NCBI GenBank assembly: GCA_963724295.1
Contig: CAVRUC010000010.1
Span: 96,001-160,000 of the forward strand
Direction of reading: 5' to 3'
Length of the DNA: 64,000 nucleotides
Source: an uncultured Chloroflexia bacterium
Lineage (GTDB): Bacteria > Chloroflexota > Chloroflexia > Thermomicrobiales > UBA6265
Shown: positions 49,074-59,656 of the stretch, piece by piece
Position numbering within the stretch: position 1 is the stretch's first letter
Layout: every line of letters starts with the position of its first letter
The notes under the pieces: generated by a model
Database searches by the model: none
What the model saw: the letters and a program-made list of their open reading frames with translations, nothing else
Told to the model about the DNA's origin: nothing
Program-made: the position numbers and the translations under genes

Positions 49074-49394
49074 TCACGCCGCCGGTCGCATGACTCGTGG
49101 ATTGAGCTGGATGCTGAGCCCGAGTATCAGGCCAAAGACGATCCAGCAGAGCACGACCAGCAGCGCCACGCCGGCGATCTGGATCAGCGCGGTCTTCAGG
49201 GCTTGAGCGGTATCGTAAGTCTCCGGAATCGTCCGCCGGTCGATATAGACTGCGCTCATGCCGGCCCCGACGAACGGGATGAGCGCCAGCAGCGCCCCGA
49301 ATACCAGCGTCTTCCACGCCGGTCGGGGGCGCTCGGGCGGGAGATAGGGACCCGTGGTGAAACCGAACTCCGTCGGTGTGCGCAATCGATCCAT
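49074..49394 (-). CDS. Small hypothetical membrane protein
   Basis: GGAGG RBS; two hydrophobic segments. Confidence 0.6.
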   Translation of the reverse strand: MDRLRTPTEFGFTTGPYLPPERPRPAWKTLVFGALLALIPFVGAGMSAVYIDRRTIPETYDTAQALKTALIQIAGVALLVVLCWIVFGLILGLSIQLNPRVMRPAA

Positions 49395-49493
49395 GTCGCC
49401 TCCGGTGGCATGCGCGGAGCCGCGCGGGGCGCCGCGTCCGCGATGCTACCCGACACACGCCCAGCAAGGACGATCACGACGGAAACCAGTCGT

Positions 49494-50171
49494 ATGACAA
49501 CCAGCGTGCAACCGCAACTCGCCCAGGACCCCGGCGAGCCTTTCGACGTCATCACCGCCGCCGGCAAGCCCACCGGCCGGGTGAAATCACGTGCCGAGGT
49601 GCACCGCGACGGTGACTGGCACCGAGCGATCCACGTCTGGGTGGCCGGAGTGGACGAGCACGGCGTGTCGTTTCTGACGGTGCAGCGCCGCTCGCCCGAC
49701 AAGGACACCTGGCCGGGTCACTTCGACGCCACCGTGGGCGGCCACTACCGCGCGGGCGAAACGCTGGCCGAGACCCTGCGCGAGGTCGAAGAGGAGATAG
49801 GCGTTACCCCCAACCTGCAGGATCTGCGACCCCTTGGCGTCCGCGTCTGCGCCAACGAAGCCCAGCCGGGAATCGTCGACCGGGAGATCCAGGACGTGTT
49901 CCTCTTGCGCGACGATCGGCCCTTGGAAAACTTCCGGCCTAACCCCGCCGAATTGGCCGCTCTCGTCCGTTTCCCGCTGGAGACCCTGGTGCCATTCCTC
50001 GCCGGCGAGAGTTCCGAGATCGGCGGCCAGTCACGAACGCCGGCGGCTACCCGAGCCGAACCCATCACCGCCCGGACCGACGATTTCATCCCCACTGTCG
50101 ATCGCTACTTCCTGCGCATCGCCATCGCGGCCCAGCAGGTGTTGCGCGGGGAGCGCTACGTCGCCGTCTGA
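49494..50171 (+). CDS. NUDIX hydrolase (IDI-like)
   Basis: HRDGDWHRAIHVW, GGHYRAGET..TLREVEEEIG Nudix box. Confidence 0.85.
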   Translation: MTTSVQPQLAQDPGEPFDVITAAGKPTGRVKSRAEVHRDGDWHRAIHVWVAGVDEHGVSFLTVQRRSPDKDTWPGHFDATVGGHYRAGETLAETLREVEEEIGVTPNLQDLRPLGVRVCANEAQPGIVDREIQDVFLLRDDRPLENFRPNPAELAALVRFPLETLVPFLAGESSEIGGQSRTPAATRAEPITARTDDFIPTVDRYFLRIAIAAQQVLRGERYVAV

Positions 50172-50262
50172 ATCACCCCCGATCTTCTCCGCGACATGTC
50201 GGGGTATCCTCCAAGCTGGCCGGTGCATCGCCGTGCGGAGCACGGGAGTCGAAGGTGGCGGC

Positions 50263-51408
50263 ATGGCAATTTCCCAGGAAGACCTGACGACGCTGACTGC
50301 CGACCTCGTGGCAATCGATTCGACCAACCCTGATCTGGTCCCAGGCGGCGCCGGCGAAGCGGAAATCGCGCGGTTCGTCGCCGGCTGGCTCGAGCGCGCG
50401 GGACTCGACGTCGACGTGTACGAGCTCGGTCCCAGCCGCGCCAATGTGATCGCGATTGCCCGCGGCAGCGGCGGCGGCCGATCGCTCATGCTCAACGCGC
50501 ACATGGACGTCGTCGGCGCGGGTGGCATGGCCGAGCCCTGGACGCCGCGTATCGACGGCACGCGACTCTACGGACGCGGCGCCTACGACATGAAGGCCAG
50601 CCTCGCCGCGATCATGCTCGCTGGCCGCGAAGCAACCAGACTCCAGCTGCGCGGCGACGTGATCGTCACCGCCGTCGCCGACGAAGAGTTCGCCTCGATC
50701 GGCGTTCAGGACGTCGTCCGCCACAAGCGGGCGGATGCGGCGATCGTCACCGAACCGACCGGGCTCGATCTTTGCGTAGCCCATAAGGGATTCGTCTGGC
50801 TGGAGGTGGAAACACACGGCGTGGCATCACACGGATCGCTCCCGGAAGAAGGCGTCGACGCCATCGCCAAGATGGGTCCGGTGCTGACCGGACTCGCTGA
50901 CCTCGATCGCGAACTGAGGTCGCGGCCGGGTCACGCCTTGCTGGGACCGGCCTCGATCCATGCCTCGCTCATCCAGGGCGGTCAGGAGCTTTCCACCTAC
51001 CCGGCCCACTGTCTGCTCTCGATCGAGCGGCGCACGATTCCCGGGGAAACGATCGCCGAGATCGAAAGGCAGATCGCGGACATGCTCGCCCATGCCGCCG
51101 CGGCTGATTCCTCATTCCAGGCTGAGCAGCGCACCCTTCTCGTACGCGCCCTCTTCGGCGTGGGTCTGGATCAACCGATTGTCGACCTCGCGCAACGGCA
51201 CCTCGCGCGCGCAATCGGCCGGGAACCGGAGATCGTGGGAGCCGGCGGGTGGATGGATTCAGCGTTCCTTGCCGCCGCGGACATCCCGACGGTGATCTTC
51301 GGACCGGACGGCGAGGGCGCTCACGCCGACGTCGAGTGGGTCGATCTGGTGAGCGCAGCGCGCACCGCGGACGCGCTCCTCGGCATCATTATGGAGTTCT
51401 GTGCGTGA
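50263..51408 (+). CDS. M20 family deacylase (ArgE/DapE-like)
   Basis: NAHMDVV, GRGAYDMK, DEE, TEPT, AHADVE. Confidence 0.9.
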   Translation: MAISQEDLTTLTADLVAIDSTNPDLVPGGAGEAEIARFVAGWLERAGLDVDVYELGPSRANVIAIARGSGGGRSLMLNAHMDVVGAGGMAEPWTPRIDGTRLYGRGAYDMKASLAAIMLAGREATRLQLRGDVIVTAVADEEFASIGVQDVVRHKRADAAIVTEPTGLDLCVAHKGFVWLEVETHGVASHGSLPEEGVDAIAKMGPVLTGLADLDRELRSRPGHALLGPASIHASLIQGGQELSTYPAHCLLSIERRTIPGETIAEIERQIADMLAHAAAADSSFQAEQRTLLVRALFGVGLDQPIVDLAQRHLARAIGREPEIVGAGGWMDSAFLAAADIPTVIFGPDGEGAHADVEWVDLVSAARTADALLGIIMEFCA

Positions 51409-51436
51409 GGAACGCGATCGAGCGCCAGGGCATCGT

Positions 51437-51949
51437 ATGAGCGAATTGCGCGATCCCTATGAACCGATGGCAACCGAGGCAAACGGACTCGGCCCCGCGG
51501 ACGTGATTGCCCGCGCTCGCGAGGCGCTGGCGCCGGTACGCAACGCGTTGGAGCGGGCGGGGTTCTATGCCTACGGCACTATTGACGACGAGAATCGCTG
51601 GGTCATCAGCGCCGACGACGAGGCCGGACACGTCGACGTCCGGGTCGGTCCGGACGGGTATCAACTCGAGCTCTGGAGCACCGTCCCGGGTCTCTTCAGC
51701 GAAGAGGAGAATGACTTCCGCCGGCGCGCGATGGAGCGCCTCGCCCGCATGAGCATCCCCGCCGTGCGGCAGGGATTCCTGGCGCCAAACCAATCCGCCT
51801 GGTGGGACGAGACCGAAGGCGGCCCCGGCGCTCGCATCGCTTACGATCTGCCATTCACCGCCGCCGACCAGGTCGGGATATTCGCTCGAGAGCGCCTGCC
51901 GGAGCTGGAGAAGCTCCTTGACTTCATCGCGACGCAAGTCGCGACGTAG
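51437..51949 (+). CDS. Hypothetical protein
   Basis: ORF with protein-like alpha/beta composition directly after the M20 gene. Confidence 0.6.
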   Translation: MSELRDPYEPMATEANGLGPADVIARAREALAPVRNALERAGFYAYGTIDDENRWVISADDEAGHVDVRVGPDGYQLELWSTVPGLFSEEENDFRRRAMERLARMSIPAVRQGFLAPNQSAWWDETEGGPGARIAYDLPFTAADQVGIFARERLPELEKLLDFIATQVAT

Positions 51950-52017
51950 GGTGACGGGGTCATCGTTCTCCCTGCCACCCTGCCACCACGAGCGGAGCGA
52001 GTCATCACCCATCACCC
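51948..52017. repeat. Composite palindromic repeat, copy 3
   Basis: Contains GCCACCCTGCCACCACGAGCGGAGCGAGT; sits between convergent genes. Confidence 0.7.
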
Positions 52018-53991
52018 AACGTGAATTGCCGGCCGGGTCTTGGGGTTGGGCTCGGTCTGACGCAGGATCTCGCGGGTCACGGGAGCGATGTCTCCCTCGC
52101 CGAAGATGACGAAGCGGGCCAGGTACTTCAGCGGGTTCCCCTCGGTCCAGCCGAAGTAGGCGTGCGGTTTCTTCCCCGTCCGGTCCCGGATGGCCAGCAG
52201 CGTAGCCGCCAGCCCGTTGGGGACGGACGCGCTCTCGACCTGGAGCACCCGGAACCCCGAAATCTCTTCCCCACTTACCTTGACGTTCGAGGCGAAGTCC
52301 GAGGCATCTTTCACCGTCACCTCGAGGAAGAGCACGGAATCGCCTGCCGGGATGTGGCTCGCCTCGCGCTCCTCCCGCTCCTTGACCAGGTACTCCCGGG
52401 TATTTCGCTCGTCCGGGTGATTGGCGATCAAACGCAAGGAGCCGCGCTTGGCCGCCTCCCGGATGAATCGATCGGCGGTCTCGTCCAACTCGACCTCGGT
52501 GGCGCGTAGCTCCGTCGCGCGCACGACCCGGGAGACCAGCGAGATGATGACGATCATGGCAAAGAAGATCGCCGCCATCTTCAGACCACTTGGATTCTCG
52601 AAGATCGTGTTGAGAAACGCGTAGATGAAAATCACCATGAAGGCGCCGAACCAGATGATCGGTCCCCGCTCCTTCTTGCGCCATTCCGAGAGGAAAACCG
52701 CGACCGAGGCCGAGGTAATCACCGCCAGGACGCCGGTCGCATACGGCCCGGCCTGGGCGTTGATATCGGCTTGAAAGAGGATCGTCACCGCGAAACAGAG
52801 GACCGTGTAGAGGATGACCAGCGGTCGCGTGGCTCGCGTCCAATCGGGCGCCATGCCGTAGCGCGGGAGGTAGCGGGGCACGATGTTGAGCAGGCCGGCC
52901 ATCGCCGAGGCGCCGGCAAACCAGAGGATCAGGATCGTCGAGGCATCGTAGAGCGTGCCGAAGACATCGCCGAGATATTCGTGCGCGAGAAAGGCCAGTG
53001 CGCGGCCATTCGCCTCGCCACCTTCTTCAAAGGCCTCATGCGGGATGAGCAGTGTCGAAACCAGACTGCTGGAGATGAGCATCACGCTCATGATCGAGGC
53101 GGCGACCGTGAGCAGCTTACCCGTGTTCCGGATGCGGCACTCCGGCCACCGCGGATCGTCAGTTGCGCAGCCCTTGACCAGCGGCATGACCACGACACCG
53201 GTTTCGAATCCGGATAGACCAAGCGCCAGGCGCGGAAACAGAAAAATCGCGGTCAGGGCCATAGCGACCGGACTGCTGTATTCGAGCTGAAGTGAAGCGC
53301 GCCAGTTGCCGAGAAGTTCTGGGTGCAACCCGATCTCCCAATAGGCACGAGCGAGCACCACGACGTTGAGGGAGAGGTAGAGCGCCACGATGCCGACGGC
53401 CAGACCGATGGCTTCCGAGAACCCGCGCAGGAAGAAGATACCGAGCAACAAGATCAGGCCGAGGGTGATCGGGATCTCATGACCCACGAGGAAGTGGCCG
53501 AACGGGTTTTCGATGATATGAGCCGCGGCGTCAGAGGCGGAGATCGTGATCGTCACTACGAACGCGGTCAGCACGAAGCTGATCAGCACCAGAACCAGGA
53601 TCTTGCCCTGCCACCAGGAGAGCAGCCGCTCCAGCATCGAGATCGATCCGTCGCCATGGGGGCTCTCCGCGGCGACGCGCCGGTACATGGGCAGCGCGCC
53701 GAGGAGGGTCACGAGCACCAGGACCAGGGTCGCTATCGGGGCCAGGGATGCGGCGGCGAGTGCGGCGATGCCCGGCTGGTACCCGAGAGTCGAGAAGTAA
53801 TCGACGCCGGTCAAGCACATCACCTGCCACCAGGAGTGCTTGTGTGCTCCCTGCTCCGATGTGTGCGGACCCTCCAGATCTTCGGGTTGACCGTGGAGCA
53901 TCCACCGGCGCACGCCACCGTTTGCTGGGATCGACTTTTGTGGTCCGACCCGGACGGTTGTACTGGCGTCGACTGACACGCTGTCCCCCAC
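52012..53991 (-). CDS. APC-superfamily transporter with cytoplasmic C-terminal domain (KimA/KUP-like candidate)
   Basis: CLTGVDYFSTLGY, LSGFETG, about 12 TM helices plus soluble tail. Confidence 0.8.
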   Translation of the reverse strand: MGDSVSVDASTTVRVGPQKSIPANGGVRRWMLHGQPEDLEGPHTSEQGAHKHSWWQVMCLTGVDYFSTLGYQPGIAALAAASLAPIATLVLVLVTLLGALPMYRRVAAESPHGDGSISMLERLLSWWQGKILVLVLISFVLTAFVVTITISASDAAAHIIENPFGHFLVGHEIPITLGLILLLGIFFLRGFSEAIGLAVGIVALYLSLNVVVLARAYWEIGLHPELLGNWRASLQLEYSSPVAMALTAIFLFPRLALGLSGFETGVVVMPLVKGCATDDPRWPECRIRNTGKLLTVAASIMSVMLISSSLVSTLLIPHEAFEEGGEANGRALAFLAHEYLGDVFGTLYDASTILILWFAGASAMAGLLNIVPRYLPRYGMAPDWTRATRPLVILYTVLCFAVTILFQADINAQAGPYATGVLAVITSASVAVFLSEWRKKERGPIIWFGAFMVIFIYAFLNTIFENPSGLKMAAIFFAMIVIISLVSRVVRATELRATEVELDETADRFIREAAKRGSLRLIANHPDERNTREYLVKEREEREASHIPAGDSVLFLEVTVKDASDFASNVKVSGEEISGFRVLQVESASVPNGLAATLLAIRDRTGKKPHAYFGWTEGNPLKYLARFVIFGEGDIAPVTREILRQTEPNPKTRPAIHVG

Positions 53992-54194
53992 GACGAGCCT
54001 TGACTGCGCCGCGCGGAATTAGGCATCAGGCTTCGCGGATGTGCAAGCCGACGGGGGTGATGGGTGATCGGGCTATTGGCTGTTGGCTGTTGGCTGTTGG
54101 CTGTTGGCTCACGACCGATGACTCACAATTCACGACGAGCCGTCTTGCCATTTCGCCATCTACTTGCCGACTCACCGACTGACCGACTCACGCC

Positions 54195-54300
54195 ACAAAC
54201 ACGAACCCGGCCTCTTGGGCCGGGCACGTGCGGGAAGGGGAAGGGGTTTGGGTTCGAGAAGCGGTGGGTCTGGGGAGGACTCGCCGGCTTCTTGACCCTA
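54195..54300 (-). ncRNA. Candidate C-rich small RNA / 3' element with intrinsic terminator (copy B)
   Basis: 51/53 identity to copy A; upstream hairpin with a CCUCCCCAGACCC loop. Confidence 0.45.
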
Positions 54301-54326
54301 TCTACGTCGCCTTCTCGAGATCGGAT

Positions 54327-56048
54327 TCACTTTCTCTCCCGCGCGGCGTCAGGTTCGCTGGTGCCATAGACCGTTTGCCTCCTCACGCTAACCAAATCGT
54401 CGGTCTCGCCTGAATTGATCCCCTGCCAGCCCAGCACCTGGCGCACGAACTCGAGACCCGCCTCGAACTCCGGCTGGACCACTTCGTCAGCTCCCCTCGC
54501 GGAGAGCCCGCTGACGTCCCCTGCGCCGGGAGCGCGGACGATGACATGGATGGCAGGGTTCAGCGCACGCGCGTTCCGGATCACCGCCTCAGTGGCCAGG
54601 AGGTCGGGGGTCGTGACCGCGACCGTACGCGCCGTTGGCACTCCCGCGCTCTCCAGCTCGGCGCGCGAGGCCGCATCTCCGTAGAGCGCGTCGATGCCCC
54701 GCTCGCGCAAGTCGCGCACGATCGCCGGATTGAGCTCGATGACGCTGTACGCCTGATCCCAGTGATCGAGCGCCGCGCCGATCTCGGCGCCCACCCGGCC
54801 AAACCCGCAGATGACCACATGGTCACCAGCCGGCGCCACGGGCGGAGGAGGTCCGGCCGCCAGCCGCTCCTGCCGCTCCACACCAGGCAGGTGCTCGGCG
54901 ATGCGGACAAGACGAGGCGAGATGGCCACCAGGATCGGCATGGCCAGAATCGAGCAGAGCGCGACCGAGAGGATCGTGCCGTACTCGCCGATGTCGATCA
55001 GTCCGTGCTCGAGCCCTGAGCCAGCCAGGACGAAGCTGAATTCACCCATCTGCGCCATGAAGACCGCCGCCAGCGTCGATGTCCGGTGATCGACACCCGC
55101 GGCCAGCAGCGCGCCTCCGGTGATCAGCAACTTGCCGGCGACGAGCACGAACGCGAACCCCAACACGAGCTGCCACTGGGCGATCAGCGCGAACGGGTCG
55201 ATCAACATGCCCACGGCAACGAAGAACAGGGTGGCGAAGATATCCCGGATTGGGATGATGTCGGCCAGCACTTGCTCTTCGAAATCCGTCTCGGAGACGA
55301 CGATCCCGGCCAGGAATGCTCCCAGACCCAGCGACAACCCGGCCGCATGCGTCGCCAACGCGACACCGAGGGCGATGGCCACGATGGTGAGCATGAAGAG
55401 CTCTCGCGAGCCGGAACGCGCGACGATGCGAAGCAGCGGAGGCACGAGCCGGGTGCCGAGGAGAAACGCCCCGATCAGGACCACCGCGGAGATCAGCAGC
55501 GACTCCGCAATGCCGAACCCCCCGCCGCGCTGGCCGGCGATGACCGGGAGGAGCGCGAGCATCGGCGCCAGGCTGAAATCCTGGACGATGCCGAGACCGA
55601 GCGCCACCCGGGCATGCGGGCTCTCCATCTCTCCCCGGCCCATGAGCGTCTTGAGCGCGACGATCGAGCTGGAGATGGCGAACGCGCCACCGAGCAGGAG
55701 CGCCGCACCCAATGTCCAGCCACCAGCTAACCCCGCCGCTGTCCCCAGGAGCACGGTCAGCGGGATCTGGAGTGCCCCACCCAGCAGCGCGGCGCGGCGG
55801 ACCCGGATCACTTCGCTGAGGGAGAATTCGACGCCAAGCCCGAACATCAGCAGCGCGACGCCGAGATTCGCCAGCAGCTGCACTCGATCCACGTCCGCCA
55901 CCAGACCAGGCGTATTCGGCCCCACGGCGAGGCCCGCGAGGATGTACCCGATCAACGCGGGTAGTCCCAGGCGCTGCGCGATAAGTCCGCCGATCGCCGC
56001 CGCGCCTAGCGCAAGCACGATGTCGACGATGAGGCCAACATCCTCCAT
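54327..56048 (-). CDS. CPA2 cation:proton antiporter with TrkA-N (RCK) domain (Kef/YbaL-like)
   Basis: GLAVGP, LMFGLGVEF, GIVQD, FFVAVG, QMGEFSF, CGFGRVG, YGDA. Confidence 0.92.
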   Translation of the reverse strand: MEDVGLIVDIVLALGAAAIGGLIAQRLGLPALIGYILAGLAVGPNTPGLVADVDRVQLLANLGVALLMFGLGVEFSLSEVIRVRRAALLGGALQIPLTVLLGTAAGLAGGWTLGAALLLGGAFAISSSIVALKTLMGRGEMESPHARVALGLGIVQDFSLAPMLALLPVIAGQRGGGFGIAESLLISAVVLIGAFLLGTRLVPPLLRIVARSGSRELFMLTIVAIALGVALATHAAGLSLGLGAFLAGIVVSETDFEEQVLADIIPIRDIFATLFFVAVGMLIDPFALIAQWQLVLGFAFVLVAGKLLITGGALLAAGVDHRTSTLAAVFMAQMGEFSFVLAGSGLEHGLIDIGEYGTILSVALCSILAMPILVAISPRLVRIAEHLPGVERQERLAAGPPPPVAPAGDHVVICGFGRVGAEIGAALDHWDQAYSVIELNPAIVRDLRERGIDALYGDAASRAELESAGVPTARTVAVTTPDLLATEAVIRNARALNPAIHVIVRAPGAGDVSGLSARGADEVVQPEFEAGLEFVRQVLGWQGINSGETDDLVSVRRQTVYGTSEPDAARERK

Positions 56049-56232
56049 GAATTGCTCCGGTCGGACTCGGCCGACGTCATCTGGTCTGGTGCGCTATGCG
56101 TATTGAAGCAGCAATGCGGCACTTGGCGAATCTGCTCGCGCCTGAACGCGAGCCGGGGGACGACCAGGGCCTCGCGACACACCCCGGTCGATTCATACCT
56201 GGCAGGCTCGTTCGCGACTCCCCGCTTCCGGC

Positions 56233-57633
56233 TCAGGCGCGGAAGAAAACGATGAGCGTCACGGCCAGGAGCAGACCGAGCAGGACCGGCCAATAGGCCA
56301 GCACCGGGACCAGGTTGTGCCGGAACGCGATGAGCCTCACCTTCACCGGCGAGGCAAGCAGGATGGCGTTCAGGACGACGACGATGATGATCCCGTACAG
56401 GACGATGGGGATCGTCTCGATGTAGCTGAGACCCTGCGTGTCAACACCGCTGCGTATCTGGTTGTGTTTCAGGATGACCGCGAACAGGAGACCGCTCGCG
56501 GCAGTGAGCACCCCCGCGGTGCTGAGCTGGAAGCGGCTCTTCAGGTTTTCGTCGTCCGTCGTGAGCGCCAGGAGTCCGAAGAGCAGGAATGCCACGGCGA
56601 TGGCAAAGACGAAAATGTCGAAGAATGGCCCGGCGAAATTGCGATCGAGGATGAGATTGAAATAGAGGTCGGGAAGATCGGGGTATTGGCCAGCGACGCC
56701 GATGCCAAATGAGGAGTCGTACTGCTGTGCCGAAAAACTGAACCCGGAATAGACAGGCGACCATCCACTGTAGACGAATTCGCTCTCGACTCCCGGCATC
56801 GATGTCGGACGCATCGTGGTGTACGAGGAGAAATCGGGCACCAGGACGATGTCACGAGAAAAATCGCGCGGCCAGATGCGAACCCAGAGATCCTGTTCGT
56901 CGAACGGATACTCCGCGTACTCAAAGGGCTGGCGCAGCGTTGCCGCGAAATACCAGCCTATGGTCTCGATGCCACCCTCTTCGTATCGGTACGCTTCCTT
57001 GGCATCGTAAGCCTCCTTGACCCCCTCCGCGAGCACCACGCCTCGGTCGATATCGTCCGGCACGTCGGGACCGAACCGCTGCCAGATGTACCCGGTGACC
57101 TCAACGTTATCGCCCGTCAAGAATTCCATTGACTGGATCATGACACCCGTCGGGATGCGAATGGCGTCGATCCCCGCCGGAATGTGCTGTGCGAGATACG
57201 CATCCGTCTCGGCTATTGTAGTAACCGGGGTTCCATGCCATCGATCCTGAAGTTCGGACCTTGCAATCGCCGCCCAGGCGAGAACAAGGCCCACCAGGAG
57301 CGCTATCGACCAGGCAACGGACGTCGCCACCAGCGCCGCCAAAGTACCCCGTTCTGGCCGGAAAACCAGAACGGCCAGCGCCATGATCGCAACGACGGCC
57401 AGAACAATTGTGGCGCCGATCAGGGGCGTGTCCGGTGCGGCCACAATCGAGCCATAGATCTGCAAATAGCGAGACAGCGCCCAGATCGACCCGGCCGCCG
57501 CAAGGACCAGCAGCACCGCGGCAGCCGGTCGTACCCACGACGGGCCAACGGAACGCCGTGCCGCCTCGGCCGCGGCGTCCGCACCCTCTTTCGGTGCCAT
57601 ATCCGGTTCTGTGGAAATCGGCGCTACGCCCAC
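56233..57633 (-). CDS. Pentameric ligand-gated ion channel (Pro-loop) homolog with extra N-terminal TM helices
   Basis: Beta-rich domain with GYIWQ, FEYAEYPFDEQ and GW, then R before four C-terminal TM helices; start 57633 or 57600. Confidence 0.7.
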   Translation of the reverse strand: MGVAPISTEPDMAPKEGADAAAEAARRSVGPSWVRPAAAVLLVLAAAGSIWALSRYLQIYGSIVAAPDTPLIGATIVLAVVAIMALAVLVFRPERGTLAALVATSVAWSIALLVGLVLAWAAIARSELQDRWHGTPVTTIAETDAYLAQHIPAGIDAIRIPTGVMIQSMEFLTGDNVEVTGYIWQRFGPDVPDDIDRGVVLAEGVKEAYDAKEAYRYEEGGIETIGWYFAATLRQPFEYAEYPFDEQDLWVRIWPRDFSRDIVLVPDFSSYTTMRPTSMPGVESEFVYSGWSPVYSGFSFSAQQYDSSFGIGVAGQYPDLPDLYFNLILDRNFAGPFFDIFVFAIAVAFLLFGLLALTTDDENLKSRFQLSTAGVLTAASGLLFAVILKHNQIRSGVDTQGLSYIETIPIVLYGIIIVVVLNAILLASPVKVRLIAFRHNLVPVLAYWPVLLGLLLAVTLIVFFRA

Positions 57634-57813
57634 GATCGCCTCTGAGGAGAGTGGCCAGTCTCGCCACCCATGAGATGCGCCCACGGCCAGGATAGTGCAA
57701 AGAGCACGGTAGAGAGAGTGCCAGAGCCGGTTCGCGGCGGGCCAATGGCATGCTCCAGGCCGGCCTCTATACTCCGCCAATCTCGCAAGTGACCATTTCT
57801 GGGAGGAGCGCCC

Positions 57814-59530
57814 ATGCCCGACCCGGCGACCAGCTTCGACGCGACCGCTTGGCGGCGGCGGCTGCGCGTCGCTCAAGGACTGGAACCCGCCGATCTCGTC
57901 CTTGCCGGCGGCACGGTCGTCGACGTGCTCTCGGGTGACACGTACGACGCCGACATCGCCATTGCCGGCGGTGTCATCGCCGGAGTGGGGGCCTATCCTC
58001 GGGCCCGGGAACGGCTCGATGTTACCGGCGCGTGGGTCTGCCCGTCGTTCATCGACGCGCACGTCCACACCGAGAGCGCGCTGGTCTGGCTGCCGGAGTT
58101 CGCCCGTGCGGTCGTTCCGCACGGCACCGGCGCAGTCGTGACCGATCCTCACGAGATCGCCAACGTCGCCGGGTTGTCGGGCATGGAGGCGATGCGCGCC
58201 GCCGCACGCGGATTGCCGCTCGACATCTATTTCACGGTGCCGTCCTGCGTACCGGCGAGTCCGTGGGAGTCAGCGGGGGCGGAGTTTGGACCGGCCGAGA
58301 TGGCCGAGATGCTGGGATGGCCAGAGTGCGTCGGACTGGGCGAGCTGATGAATTTCCCAGGCGTGCTCGCCGGTGATGACGATATCGCCCGCAAGCTGAC
58401 CGCCTCCGCGGGCAGACGCCATGACGGGCACGCCCCGGGCGTGCGTGGCGCCGCACTACAGGCGTACGTGGGAGCGGGTCCCGGCTCGGATCATGAATCG
58501 ACGACGCCTGGCGAAGCGCGGGAAAAGTTGCGCGCCGGGCAGATGGTGATGATCCGGGAGGGATCCTCGGCGCGAAATATGGCCGCGCTCCTGCCCATCG
58601 TCTCCGACGCAACGTACCCACGGTGCTGTTTCTGCTCCGACGACCGTGACGTCCACACCCTCCTCCACGACGGTCACATGGATGTCACCCTACGCCAGGC
58701 CATCGCCATGGGACTCGATCCGGTGCGAGCGATCCGATTGGCCACCTGGAACGCGGCCGACTACTGGAGGCTCGACGGCTGGGGTGCGGTCGCGCCCGGA
58801 TTTCGCGCGAATCTGGTCGTGCTGGATGACCTGCGTGAGGTGCGCGTCACCATGACGCTCCATGACGGGAAGATCGTGGCCCGCGATGGAGCGCTCATCG
58901 ACGGACGCGATTGCCAGGAGCGCCATTCCCGACAGCCTGCGCGACAGCGTCCATATCGCGCCTCTCAGCCTGCGCGACCTTCGCCTCGATCCCGCGGCGG
59001 CGAAGGAAGCCGTCGGCGTCATCGCCGGCGAGATCGCGACCCGGCTGCTCGAGGTCGAGCCGGAGCTGCGTGACGGATCGGCCGTGGCCGCGCCGGAGCG
59101 GGATCTCCTGAAACTCGTCTGCGTCGAACGTCACCACGCCACGGGCCGCGTCGGCGTCGGCTACGTGCACGGTTTCGGGCTACGCCAGGGTGCGCTGGCA
59201 TCATCGATCGCCCACGACGCCCACAATATCGTGGCGGTCGGCGCTGACGACGGCGACCTGCTGCTGGCGATCGTCACCGTCGCCGAGAGCGGCGGCGGGC
59301 TGGCGACAGTCGCCAAGGGTCAGGTGCTGGCCCAGATGGCGCTTCCGATCGCCGGCATTCTCTCTGACCGGCCACTGGCTGAAGTCGGAAGCGCGTACGC
59401 GGCGCTGGAGGATGCGGCGCGGGGGCTTGGCAGCCAGCTCCCGTCGCCGTTCGGCCTCCTCGCCTTCCTGGCGCTGTCGGTGATCCCGGAGGCACGCGTC
59501 ACCGATCGCGGGTTCGTGCACGTCGGGTAA
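57814..59530 (+). CDS. ade: Adenine deaminase, with a 1-nt frameshift near 58900
   Basis: IDAHVHTES, DPHEIANV, DGHAPG, SDHES, IREGS, SDD; C-terminal domain in the next frame (SSIAHDAHN, FLALSVIPE). Confidence 0.9.
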
Positions 59531-59656
59531 TGGTTCATGGGTGAGGGTGATTCTGGGTGACGGTCGTGCGTAGAGCGCGTGTTAACTCATTCCTCTCGAC
59601 CGACCATCACCTATCCCCCATCCTGGAATCCTGCGCAAGAGAAGATTGGACATTTC

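Noticed and set aside
53992..54326. ydaO riboswitch expected upstream of a KimA-like gene
   Set aside because: No aptamer motifs are seen. The region is filled by repeats and C-rich element B.
57634..58152. N-terminal extension of the 639-aa ORF 56233..58152
   Set aside because: It overlaps adenine deaminase on the opposite strand. The channel-like gene starts at about 57600-57633.
58890..58915. Programmed ribosomal frameshift in ade
   Set aside because: No slippery heptamer or stimulatory structure is seen, and other sporadic indels in the window point to consensus error.
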